Origin: an uncultured Gammaproteobacteria bacterium | Lineage (GTDB): Bacteria; Patescibacteriota; Patescibacteriia; UBA9934; CAZDDW01 | Length of the DNA: 64,000 bases | NCBI GenBank assembly: GCA_965231015.1 | Contig: OZ246408.1 | Coordinates: 481,237-545,236 of the forward strand | Reading direction: 5' to 3' | Shown: positions 17,190 through 26,081 of the stretch, in pieces | Position numbering within the stretch: position 1 is the stretch's first letter | Layout: each line of letters begins with the position of its first letter | Notes under the pieces: model-generated | What the model saw: the letters and a program-made list of their open reading frames with translations, nothing else | Told to the model about the DNA's origin: nothing | The model's database searches: none | Position numbers and translations under genes: made by a program

Positions 17190-17218
17190 AATATAACACA
17201 AAATAACACTTTTGTCAA
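17190..17218 (-). promoter_or_regulatory. consensus sigma70 promoter on minus strand: TTGACA-17 nt-TATATT
   Basis: On the minus strand the sequence reads TTGACAAAAGTGTTATTTTGTGTTATATTGGGCGCA. The -35 is perfect and the -10 is 5/6, with a 17-nt spacer. The tracked minus ORF 17027..17218 starts with the TTG of the -35 box and is rejected. Confidence 0.7.
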
Positions 17219-17270
17219 GTGTCAGACACAAAAGCGACCTCAAAAGTCGCTTATTTTAGTACAATTTTAC

Positions 17271-18188
17271 CTAATCAAATTTTACTAAGTTTTTGTGGCC
17301 GTTAGCAAATTCGCTGGCGGTCATTGGTTTTTTTCCAGCTGGCTGCAACTTTGTGACTCGGATTGGGTTACTCCCAGTTCCGACTAAGATAGAATCGTCT
17401 TCAAGCTTGATTTGCCCCGGATTTAGAGGATGAAGATCAGTAATTTCGAACTCGATCAACTTAACACGCTTGCCATCAAGCTCGGTATAAATACCAGGCC
17501 AGGCCTCAAAGGCCCGGTGCACCCGATCTATTTCCTCAGCGGTTGCCTTCCAATCGATCCGTCCATCTTCACGTTCAATCATGTGGCAATAGCTAGCCTC
17601 TTCTTCTTTTTGTACAATCGGATCAATTTTGCCCGCTATATAGTCCTCTAAACTTCGGACCAATAATTTCGGACCAACGGTGTGAACCTTTGACTCAAGA
17701 TCAGTATAGGTTTCATTGCCTTTGAGCGGAATTTCATATTGAGCCAAAATCGGACCATGATCCATTTGTTCATCCAAGAGCATGATGCTGACACCGGTTT
17801 TATTATCTCCATTCAAAATTGCGGCTTGCATTGGTGAAGGGCCTCGATATTTTGGTAAAAGGGAAGGATGAACGTTAATAAAAGGACCAAACTCGAGTAC
17901 TCCGTCAGGAATCATTCGACCATACGCCACCACAACATAAAGATCCGCCTTTAGATCCTTGAGTTTGTTTTGGGGAATCGGATGGCGTAAGGTTTTTAGA
18001 ATGAGAACCGGAAGATCTAGTTCTTCCGCTCGAGTTTTGACAGCGCTTGGTTTCATAACCTGTTTTCGCCCAACCGGCTTATCAGATTGTGTGACAACTC
18101 CCACGACTTCAAAATTAGACGCCTCATTAAGGGCGTCTAGAAAAGGAACTGCAAAACCTGGGGTTCCGAAAAATACGACCTTCTTCAT
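17271..18188 (-). CDS. fmt: methionyl-tRNA formyltransferase
   Basis: The motif MKKVVFFGTPGFAVPFLDAL....HPSLLPKYRGPSPMQAAILNGD matches Fmt, including the SLLP motif. Confidence 0.9.
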   Translation of the reverse strand: MKKVVFFGTPGFAVPFLDALNEASNFEVVGVVTQSDKPVGRKQVMKPSAVKTRAEELDLPVLILKTLRHPIPQNKLKDLKADLYVVVAYGRMIPDGVLEFGPFINVHPSLLPKYRGPSPMQAAILNGDNKTGVSIMLLDEQMDHGPILAQYEIPLKGNETYTDLESKVHTVGPKLLVRSLEDYIAGKIDPIVQKEEEASYCHMIEREDGRIDWKATAEEIDRVHRAFEAWPGIYTELDGKRVKLIEFEITDLHPLNPGQIKLEDDSILVGTGSNPIRVTKLQPAGKKPMTASEFANGHKNLVKFD

Positions 18189-18655
18189 AGCTTGGGAGGA
18201 TTGGTGTAGTTGATAACACGATCGATAAACAGAATGCCGTCCAGATGATCAATTTCGTGCTGAAAAATAATGGCCTCCATGCCACCCACCTTGCGTTTCA
18301 TTTTATGACCATGTCGATCCTTGGCCTTGATGGTAACAGATTTGTTTCGTTTTACTTGACCGTAAACTCCGGGAATAGAAAGACACCCCTCTTCCGAAGT
18401 AGTGTGCCAGATAGAACGGCGGATAATTTTCGGATTAACAAAAACTTCCGGACCGGTCTTAGTCTCAATAATTATAATTCGTTTATGAATTCCGATTTGT
18501 GGTGCGGCCAAACCAACTCCATCGGCCAGTTTCATGGTATCAATCATGTTGTCAATCAGGCTCTGGATTTTGTCCTCGGTCAGTTCTTTTTTATTGACCT
18601 CTTCAGACTTCAAACGTAAGTCATGATTGGGGTCAGTTAGAATGTTTAGTTTCAT
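18185..18655 (-). CDS. def: peptide deformylase
   Basis: The motifs GVGLAAPQIG, EGCLSIPG and QHEIDHLDG are present. It overlaps fmt by 4 nt. Confidence 0.9.
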   Translation of the reverse strand: MKLNILTDPNHDLRLKSEEVNKKELTEDKIQSLIDNMIDTMKLADGVGLAAPQIGIHKRIIIIETKTGPEVFVNPKIIRRSIWHTTSEEGCLSIPGVYGQVKRNKSVTIKAKDRHGHKMKRKVGGMEAIIFQHEIDHLDGILFIDRVINYTNPPKL

Positions 18656-20478
18656 AGTGATTCAATTGGATTTGTCTCTATAATGAAAGAATCTGGTAAA
18701 TTTTGCAAGGTTTGATTGATTCTTTCAGTTACTTCTTTGGGTGAGCGAATTTCCAAAGCATACTTTTTATTATTGGTTAAATTTTGTTTTACATTGGGAA
18801 AGGATTCAGTCAAGTGATCGGAAAGTTGGTCTATCATTTGTTGTGCCTCGGTTGGTCTTCCGCGAACCGTGATTCGCCACATACTACCAAAAGGCGGATA
18901 CGAAAAGTGGCGGCGAACCTGTGCTTCATCATCAAGGGTCGTTTTTGGTTCATTGATGATTCGACTGATTAGTTCAGGTGACCAGGTTTGAACCATGAAG
19001 TTGGCTCGAGCCCGCCAGGCTAAACCGCGCAGTTCGTGTAAACGGACCATTGTCTTTTCCACGGCGTTGTAAAACGGTTCAGAGAGACCAATGTCTGCGG
19101 CTAGTTCAGCGACTAATCCGAATTGAGGAGGATTCAAACGGTCAAGTATGTTTTCAAAGTAAAATTGGGTAGCCACTATTATCTCAGTTTCCGGATCAAA
19201 CTGCGTTCCTTTTTCCGCCACACCGATTGTTTCAGTGGGAAAGCGCTTCATTAACTGGCGTACGATTTCTCGGTTACCAATTCCACGTGAAGTTAGCTCG
19301 GTTCCGTTGCAGTTCGGGCAGTTTAAAGGAATGGGCATCAGGTGACCGCAACGGTGACACTTTAGTTCTTGCTCCCAGACCGTTGAGACTCCGTGGCATT
19401 TCGGACACTCGGCTAAATAGTTACAGTCTTTGCATACTAATCGTGGAGCAACACCCTTACGATTATAAGAAAATAACACTTTTTGACCTTTTTGTAAAGC
19501 CTCCCGAGTAGCTTTTAAGACAGGGTTGGAAAGAAGAATAAAATCTGTTGTTTCAGCTTCGGTCTTTAAGTTTAAGGGACGGGTTTTAGGAAGAAGGTCG
19601 TTTGGCAATCGGGTAATTGTGCGGAATTGTTCAGTGGTTTCAAGGGTTGGCACAACATCGAAAAAAGCTAGTGTGGCTCCGGTTGCTTTTTGCCAGGCCA
19701 AAGATAAATCCGTAGCACTGTAGCGCGGGTTCCGATCGTACTGTCGGTGCTCTGGGGAATTTGGTCTTAAAACAAAAATTGCTCCAAGCTCACACGCTGG
19801 AAGCAAAGCTCCCACCCGGGTGGCTACCATGGTCTTGATTCCTCCGGCTCGCCAAGCTGCGGCAGTATCAGCCCGACGCGTACGGGTGGTACGACTATCA
19901 AGCAGATGAACTGCATGTTCGCTTGCCAGAGCCTGACTAACTTCGTCAGCGTCATGTGTGTGGGGAACCAAGATCAGAGTTTGTCGGTTTTTATTTTGTC
20001 GTAGATATGCATCAATAGATCCAACCGCCTGAATCAAATCCGTGACTTCAAAAAAATTAGTACCCCCGTGTTGTATTTTTTTGACCAGGTTTTGCAGGTG
20101 ACTGATTTCTTCGGCGCGTAAACGAACCGCCTGTCCAGGCTGAACCTGAGGAATCGAGTAGGACCCACGTTTACGTGGTGGTAAAAACGCAGTGTCAAGT
20201 ACGGTTGATACCGACTGTACTATTTTTTCAGCCATGTCTTCATAAATTGCCAATTCATCTGAATTAAGCCAATTTTTGTCAAGTACTGATTCTACAGGTT
20301 TCAAGTTGGATTGCTTTGATTTTTCTGAGATTGCTTTTACCAATCCTCGGATTGTAATATTGCGAAATGGGATATAGACCAAAGAACCCCGTTCAACTTC
20401 TATTGAAGACGGGATCTCATAATCAAAGGCGTGAAAGCGTCGTGGTAAACGCTTGATTGGGTAAATTTGGGCAATCAT
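18652..20478 (-). CDS. priA: primosomal protein N' (replication restart helicase PriA)
   Basis: The protein has a 3'-DNA-binding N-terminus, helicase motifs and a Cys-rich zinc-binding insert (CPKCHGVS...CHRCGH...CPNCNG). Confidence 0.85.
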   Translation of the reverse strand: MIAQIYPIKRLPRRFHAFDYEIPSSIEVERGSLVYIPFRNITIRGLVKAISEKSKQSNLKPVESVLDKNWLNSDELAIYEDMAEKIVQSVSTVLDTAFLPPRKRGSYSIPQVQPGQAVRLRAEEISHLQNLVKKIQHGGTNFFEVTDLIQAVGSIDAYLRQNKNRQTLILVPHTHDADEVSQALASEHAVHLLDSRTTRTRRADTAAAWRAGGIKTMVATRVGALLPACELGAIFVLRPNSPEHRQYDRNPRYSATDLSLAWQKATGATLAFFDVVPTLETTEQFRTITRLPNDLLPKTRPLNLKTEAETTDFILLSNPVLKATREALQKGQKVLFSYNRKGVAPRLVCKDCNYLAECPKCHGVSTVWEQELKCHRCGHLMPIPLNCPNCNGTELTSRGIGNREIVRQLMKRFPTETIGVAEKGTQFDPETEIIVATQFYFENILDRLNPPQFGLVAELAADIGLSEPFYNAVEKTMVRLHELRGLAWRARANFMVQTWSPELISRIINEPKTTLDDEAQVRRHFSYPPFGSMWRITVRGRPTEAQQMIDQLSDHLTESFPNVKQNLTNNKKYALEIRSPKEVTERINQTLQNLPDSFIIETNPIESL

Positions 20479-21272
20479 TATTTTAATTCAAAGGTAGCGG
20501 TAAGGTAACCAACACCAAACGGCGCTTCGTAGGATAAGATACTGCTCCTAATATTTACTGAATCCAGAATTCCAAATAAAACAAGTAAGGGGCGCCAACC
20601 GCATTGTGCAACTTCCTTAGCGACCCTGGGATCAATACTTAATAATCCCATAGCGTTATTGCCACTTATCACTTCTTGGATTTTTTCGTCAAAGTCGTGT
20701 CCTTTTGGGTTGAATTCAACCGGGGCATCGCTGGTCAGACAGTGAGATAGATCTCCGGAAGAAATAACAGCCACTCTTTTAGGTGAGTCCTCGATAGTAT
20801 CCCGCAAAGCCTGACCAAAATGAAAATGAGTTTTTGCAGTTAAACCGGCAGTGGTATTAATCGGCACGATTTTAATGTTTGGTAACCGGTCAGTTAATCT
20901 TAAAAGAGGTACTGCCGTGCCGTAATCAAGACTATCTTCCGCGTGCAGGGAAACAGGTAAGTCCGCTTGGCGCAATTGACGTTGTAAGCGATCAATTAAC
21001 AGAAAATCAGGGCGAAATTCACGGTCTACTTCAACACTACCCAATCTTGACAGGTCTAATTTGTATGGGTCATCCATGTGAACCGTGACGGCGTCATCGT
21101 ACGCTGACCCATGGCCTGAAATGACCAAAATTACCTCTGGTTTTGCCGCATACAGTTCGTTGGCGATTTCATTTAAGGCTGCATTCGTTGCGGGTAATTT
21201 TTCTAAGTTTTCTTTCCCCACCTCCGGTAATAATAGGGGAGTGTGAGGAGTAAAGGCTGCAAAGACAAGCAT
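20478..21272 (-). CDS. class III extradiol dioxygenase-fold protein (LigB/DODA/YgiD or AmmeMemoRadiSam-B-like)
   Basis: The motifs PHTPLLLPEVG, ISGHGSAY and LDYGTAVPL match the LigB-type fold. Confidence 0.6.
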   Translation of the reverse strand: MLVFAAFTPHTPLLLPEVGKENLEKLPATNAALNEIANELYAAKPEVILVISGHGSAYDDAVTVHMDDPYKLDLSRLGSVEVDREFRPDFLLIDRLQRQLRQADLPVSLHAEDSLDYGTAVPLLRLTDRLPNIKIVPINTTAGLTAKTHFHFGQALRDTIEDSPKRVAVISSGDLSHCLTSDAPVEFNPKGHDFDEKIQEVISGNNAMGLLSIDPRVAKEVAQCGWRPLLVLFGILDSVNIRSSILSYEAPFGVGYLTATFELK

Positions 21273-21274
21273 AT

Positions 21275-22684
21275 TTATGGCGAGGTGGCGACGGTAAGAT
21301 CGTCTTGTTCAATCAGGTAGACAAAATCACCAAGCGGTTGATTAAGAACTGACCGTTCGTCTGTGACAACGATGTCTTCCCATTCATAACCAAGACCAAG
21401 AAAGACTTCTTCGCTCGGTATCGGTCGGCGCAGGCCTTCTGAAACAACAAAAACGTCCGGACTTTCCGTAGCTTTAATGAGTGTTCCGTCAAAGAATTTA
21501 ACGGGTTCACCGGTCGGATATTCTTCTAATGTTTCTGTTGCTGTTGGAACAATTGACCAAGAAGTGAAACGGTTGTTTAACACGTCTCGAGATTGCACGG
21601 CCTGTTTGATTCCATCTTCCACGTAATAAACTCCACCCGTGGTAGTATCTTGTAAAAGTGAGCCCTGTGGGTGGTCGCTTGCGGCAGTGACGGTTTCACC
21701 AACTGTGAATCCGTTAAGATCATCATTGGCAACAACAATTAATTCATCTTCTACAAAACCGATAGCTCTAAAGTCATCCATACTAGCGATTGGTTTTAAT
21801 ACGTCATCTACGAGTAAATAAATCACCCCGTCTTCGTCCTGAAGCAGGGAATAGTTGGCAAAACTAATTGGTGTTCCTTCCGGATAGGCATTTAAAACAC
21901 TTGGATCAACCGGAATGATCAGGTTTGGATTATACCGTGAAAGAAGAGCGGTTTGTGAGGTGATCGGACGTTTTTCGCCAAACTGAATTAGATACACCCC
22001 ACCGGTGGTGTTATCCTGAAGCAGAGTTCCTGATGGGTAATACAATCCGAAATACTGATTCCAAATTTTTACAAAGTTTTCATTGCCGTGCAGATGAGGG
22101 GTATAGGTGTAGAGCGCAGCAGTTGAAGCGTTTACAAAAGTGACGTCCGTGTCATCAATCTCTGCCGTCACGCCCGGACCATAGCCCATAACTGTCACAC
22201 CATCGTTTTCAATGTCTTCTAAATATCCCTCGATCATCTGAAGAGACGCACTATTTAGCTGTTTGGAAAAACCACGCCAGCGTTGGATGTTTGGGTCATC
22301 ATGAGTGCAATTGTCACATACACCGTATCCAAGAGCCCAATCAAGTTGGCTTTGGTTTGGGTCGTCATCTTCAATCAAGCTTTGCTCTTTTTGGAGCATG
22401 ACGAGCAGTACTTTCGGGTTAATCATGTGGGTGTTGGCGGTCCACCAAATAATTTCTGTGGCGGTACGGAGTCGACCGTCAATATCTTCAGTAACATAAT
22501 CAGCTAAAAAACCACGGTTTAATATGCGCTGAATATCATCCAAATCAAGGGAAAGATAATCAGTAAATTCAGCATCAGAGATCAAAAAATTTGGATTAAA
22601 AGAAGTAGCCGCAAAAGCCGGGGAAAGCGGATAAAAGGCTAAGATAAGCATAATAATAGTAAGGAAAACAGGTTTCATGTACAC
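21275..22684 (-). CDS. secreted hypothetical protein (N-terminal signal peptide)
   Basis: It begins MKPVFLTIIMLILAFYPLSPAFA followed by a cleavage-like site. It is 469 aa with no catalytic motif recognised. Confidence 0.6.
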   Translation of the reverse strand: MYMKPVFLTIIMLILAFYPLSPAFAATSFNPNFLISDAEFTDYLSLDLDDIQRILNRGFLADYVTEDIDGRLRTATEIIWWTANTHMINPKVLLVMLQKEQSLIEDDDPNQSQLDWALGYGVCDNCTHDDPNIQRWRGFSKQLNSASLQMIEGYLEDIENDGVTVMGYGPGVTAEIDDTDVTFVNASTAALYTYTPHLHGNENFVKIWNQYFGLYYPSGTLLQDNTTGGVYLIQFGEKRPITSQTALLSRYNPNLIIPVDPSVLNAYPEGTPISFANYSLLQDEDGVIYLLVDDVLKPIASMDDFRAIGFVEDELIVVANDDLNGFTVGETVTAASDHPQGSLLQDTTTGGVYYVEDGIKQAVQSRDVLNNRFTSWSIVPTATETLEEYPTGEPVKFFDGTLIKATESPDVFVVSEGLRRPIPSEEVFLGLGYEWEDIVVTDERSVLNQPLGDFVYLIEQDDLTVATSP

Positions 22685-22775
22685 TAAATATTAGCATATT
22701 TTAGCATGTTTGGCGAATTGACAGAGAAGGAAAAACATGGTTAGGTAATTAGGCTTTGTGAAAGGTGGTTCATTG

Positions 22776-23132
22776 ATGAATATCGAACACCCGAATGTGG
22801 TTGTGGCCGTGGTCTGGTGTGGTCTTGGGATCGAGCCGACCGGCAACAAGCGTTTTGCCGGGCTCTGGATCCTCGAGAACAACCTGGGGTTCGACAGAGC
22901 CGACAAGAGTTCTTACTACTTCACAGTCAGTTCTTTCAGTCCGATGATGGTGCGGGTTTTTCCTCCGAACTCGGAATATTCGATCGGGGTTTTGGAGGTG
23001 GACGGGGAAGAGCGACGCATGGCTGACAACGACCTGTTCATGCGCGCCGGAACTGACCGCGCCGCAATCATCAGCTGGGCCCAGGCCAAGTTCGAGGCCC
23101 TTGTTCGGCTGGCTACCAAGCCGCCAAACTGA
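22776..23132 (+). CDS. GC-rich hypothetical ORF (possible horizontally acquired small gene)
   Basis: There is a local GC jump, with ORFs on both strands, which is typical of GC-rich DNA. The plus-strand ORF is followed by a strong terminator. No domain was found. Confidence 0.3.
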   Translation: MNIEHPNVVVAVVWCGLGIEPTGNKRFAGLWILENNLGFDRADKSSYYFTVSSFSPMMVRVFPPNSEYSIGVLEVDGEERRMADNDLFMRAGTDRAAIISWAQAKFEALVRLATKPPN

Positions 23133-23150
23133 CACACCTTCTTAAAACGA

Positions 23151-23195
23151 AAAGCCGGAGTAGCAATACGCGCCACTCCGGCTTGATTTGTTTTG
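23151..23195. terminator. bidirectional Rho-independent terminator (AGCCGGAGT..ACTCCGGCT) shared by plus ORF and clpB
   Basis: A 9-bp stem has T-runs on both sides (AAAACGAAA upstream, TGATTTGTTTTG downstream). Confidence 0.75.
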
Positions 23196-23203
23196 AAATT
23201 TTC

Positions 23204-25876
23204 TTACGCCTTGGCTTTTACTTTTGCAGTTTTCTGTTGCTTGATACCGATCTTATCTTTTGTGGTGTCAACTTGTACCGTACTTTCTTCATTGATTTTG
23301 CCACCGATAATCATTTTGGCTAACTCGTCTAGAATTTCAGACTGAATTAAGCGTTTCAAAGGCCGAGCGCCGTAAGCCGGATCGTATCCTTTTTGGGCTA
23401 AATACCCTTTGGCTTTATCTGTGATTTCAAGAGTGATTTTGCGTTGGTCCAACAGGCGTTTAGCTACACGGTTAACCTGCAACTCAACAATCGAACTGAT
23501 TTCGTCCTGACTTAAAGCGTGGAACATGATGATGTCATCGAGTCGATTTAAGAATTCCGGTCTAAATTGCTCGGTTAACATTTCCATGACTCGAGTGCGC
23601 ATGGTTTTATCTTTGGTTGTCTCGGACTCATCATCTTCAGAGAATCCCATCACCCCACTTGTTCCTTTAATAGTCATGTTCATGATGGCATCAGACCCAA
23701 CGTTCGAGGTCATTATCACTACGCAATTCTTAAAGTTCACTTTGCGACCCTTGGCGTCAGTCAGGTGTCCATCATCAAGAATTTGTAGCAGCATGTTAAA
23801 GGTGTCCGGATGAGCCTTTTCAATTTCATCAAACAGAAGTACTGAATACGGTTTACGTCGAACGATTTCGGTCAACTGTCCGCCTTCTTCATGACCAATA
23901 TAACCAGGAGGCGAACCAATCATTTTGGAGACCGAATGCTTTTCCATGTATTCGGACATGTCCAGTCGCACAAGCGCCGATTCATCGTTGAACATAAACT
24001 CGGCCAAAGCTCGGGCTAGTTCAGTCTTACCAACTCCGGTCGGACCAAGGAACAGGAACGAACCAATTGGTCGGCCTTCTTCCGAGATTCCAGCTCGGCT
24101 TCGGCGCAGGGCATTTGAAACAGCTACAATCGATTCTTGTTGACCAACCACTCGTTTCTTAAGCTCCTCTTCCATTCGGTTCAACTTCTCAAGTTCGCTT
24201 TCCAGCATCTTGGAAACAGGAATATTAGTCCAGCGCGATACTACCGCGGCTACATCTTCATCGCTCACAACTTCTTTTAAGATTCCACGATCCTTTTGCA
24301 ATTTAGCTAAGGCGGTTTCAGATTTGCGTAATTCTTTTTCTTTGGCCGGGATTTCACCATAACGAATTTCCGCCACCCGTTGCAGGTCACCTTTACGTTC
24401 TTCAATTTCGGCTTTGATACGCAGCTTGTCGATTTCTTTTTTAGTAGCCCGAATTTCAGCAATTTTATCTTTTTCGTTTTTCCATTTCATTTCCAGTTCT
24501 CGAGACGATTCCTTAGTATCAGCCAGCTGTTTTTCGATTTCAGCTAGACGAGCCTTAGAATCCTTGTCTTCTTCTTTGAGCAAAGCCTGACGCTCAATTT
24601 CAAGCCGCATAATGTCGCGCTTGGCTTTATCCAGGTCCTCGGGCATGGAATCAATCTGCATCTTGAGCGCGGAACTAGCTTCGTCAATCAAGTCCACGGC
24701 CTTATCCGGTAAAAAACGATCTGTGATATATCGGGTTGAAAGTTCAGCCGCGGCAATAATGGCAGAATCTGCAATTCTAATTCCGTGGTGCAGTTCGTAG
24801 CGGTCCTTGATTCCTCGGAGAATAGCAATAGTGTCATCAATGGAGGGCTCTTCTACAAGCACCGGCTGAAAACGGCGTTCAAAAGCCGGGTCCTTCTCAA
24901 TGTGCCGCTGATATTCTTTAAGTGTAGTGGCTCCGATAGTTTTAAACCGACCGCGAGCCAGAGCCGGCTTTAACATGTTTGACGCATCAAGCGGAGAACC
25001 ATCACTTGTTCCTGCACCAACTAAAGTATGAATCTCATCGATAAAACAAATAATCCGACCATCACTGTCTTCGATTTCCTTTATTACTGCCTTGAGCCGA
25101 TCTTCAAATTCACCCCGGTACTTTGTTCCGGCGACCAACGCTCCCAGATCCAATGAAACCAGTTCTCTGTTTTGCAAAGACTCAGGCACGTCACCACCGG
25201 CAATTCGTTGAGCCAGTCCTTCTACGATGGCGGTTTTACCAACTCCGGCCTCACCAATTAACACCGGGTTATTTTTGGTGCGGCGCGAAAGAATCTGCAT
25301 TACACGACGTATCTCTGCATCACGACCGATCACCGGATCCAGCTTTTCTTCGCGTGCCAGTTCGGTCAGGTTCTGGGCGTATTTCTCGAGCGCCTGATAC
25401 TTGGCTTCAGGTTCTGGGGAGTCAACTTTTTGGTTTCCTCGAATGTCTTTTAATACTCGCATGATCTCATCTTCCAACACACCATTTTGTTCCAAAAGTC
25501 GTCGGATGTTTTTGTCAGTCATTAATCCGAGCAATAAATGTTCAGTCGAAATATAATCGTCTTTAAATGATTTGGCGGTTTTATTCGAAGCGGCAAATAC
25601 ACGTGCCATTTGTGGAGAAAGATAAATCTGACCCACACCACCGTTTGTAAATTGGTTTTTGGGCAGAGCGTCCATGATTTTGTCGATCTGTCCGCGTAAT
25701 TCCGCTACATCAATTTCTAATTTTTCAATAGCGCTTATTACCACACCTTCATCTTGAGAAAGCAGGGAAGAGAGAAGGTGGATTGGTTCAATGGCCTGCT
25801 GACCGTTTTCTACGGCCAAATTGTGCGAATTTTGAATTGCCTCTTGAGCCTTGTGAGTGAAGTTTTGTGGGAGCAT
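23204..25876 (-). CDS. clpB: ATP-dependent chaperone ClpB (two AAA+ modules with coiled-coil M-domain)
   Basis: The 890-aa protein has a Clp_N repeat and two Walker A motifs ([30 protein letters not shown]). A long coiled coil lies between NBD1 and NBD2. Confidence 0.95.
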   Translation of the reverse strand: MLPQNFTHKAQEAIQNSHNLAVENGQQAIEPIHLLSSLLSQDEGVVISAIEKLEIDVAELRGQIDKIMDALPKNQFTNGGVGQIYLSPQMARVFAASNKTAKSFKDDYISTEHLLLGLMTDKNIRRLLEQNGVLEDEIMRVLKDIRGNQKVDSPEPEAKYQALEKYAQNLTELAREEKLDPVIGRDAEIRRVMQILSRRTKNNPVLIGEAGVGKTAIVEGLAQRIAGGDVPESLQNRELVSLDLGALVAGTKYRGEFEDRLKAVIKEIEDSDGRIICFIDEIHTLVGAGTSDGSPLDASNMLKPALARGRFKTIGATTLKEYQRHIEKDPAFERRFQPVLVEEPSIDDTIAILRGIKDRYELHHGIRIADSAIIAAAELSTRYITDRFLPDKAVDLIDEASSALKMQIDSMPEDLDKAKRDIMRLEIERQALLKEEDKDSKARLAEIEKQLADTKESSRELEMKWKNEKDKIAEIRATKKEIDKLRIKAEIEERKGDLQRVAEIRYGEIPAKEKELRKSETALAKLQKDRGILKEVVSDEDVAAVVSRWTNIPVSKMLESELEKLNRMEEELKKRVVGQQESIVAVSNALRRSRAGISEEGRPIGSFLFLGPTGVGKTELARALAEFMFNDESALVRLDMSEYMEKHSVSKMIGSPPGYIGHEEGGQLTEIVRRKPYSVLLFDEIEKAHPDTFNMLLQILDDGHLTDAKGRKVNFKNCVVIMTSNVGSDAIMNMTIKGTSGVMGFSEDDESETTKDKTMRTRVMEMLTEQFRPEFLNRLDDIIMFHALSQDEISSIVELQVNRVAKRLLDQRKITLEITDKAKGYLAQKGYDPAYGARPLKRLIQSEILDELAKMIIGGKINEESTVQVDTTKDKIGIKQQKTAKVKAKA

Positions 25877-25976
25877 AGGGAATTTTCAGTTTTCTATTTT
25901 GCAATTTTCAAGTAAATAATTTACAGAATTGATCATTATATATTAAATGAAAAATTGGTAAATTGATAATTTTCAA

Positions 25977-26003
25977 TTAGCACTCTCAATTATAGAGTGC
26001 TAA
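25977..26003. promoter_or_regulatory. CIRCE element (HrcA operator): TTAGCACTC-N9-GAGTGCTAA
   Basis: It is an exact match to the canonical CIRCE inverted repeat with a 9-nt spacer. It lies about 100 nt upstream of the clpB start and about 80 nt upstream of the 26082 gene. Confidence 0.85.
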
Positions 26004-26081
26004 TCGATAATAGTCAAGCTGGCTAAAATGAGGGTATTTTGGTACAATTTATAGATTATAAAGTGCTTAAATTGGCTAAAT

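Noticed and set aside
17027-17218. 63-aa minus-strand ORF at the start of the ncRNA region
   Set aside because: Its TTG start codon is the TTG of the -35 hexamer of the consensus promoter, so it cannot be translated from that transcript.
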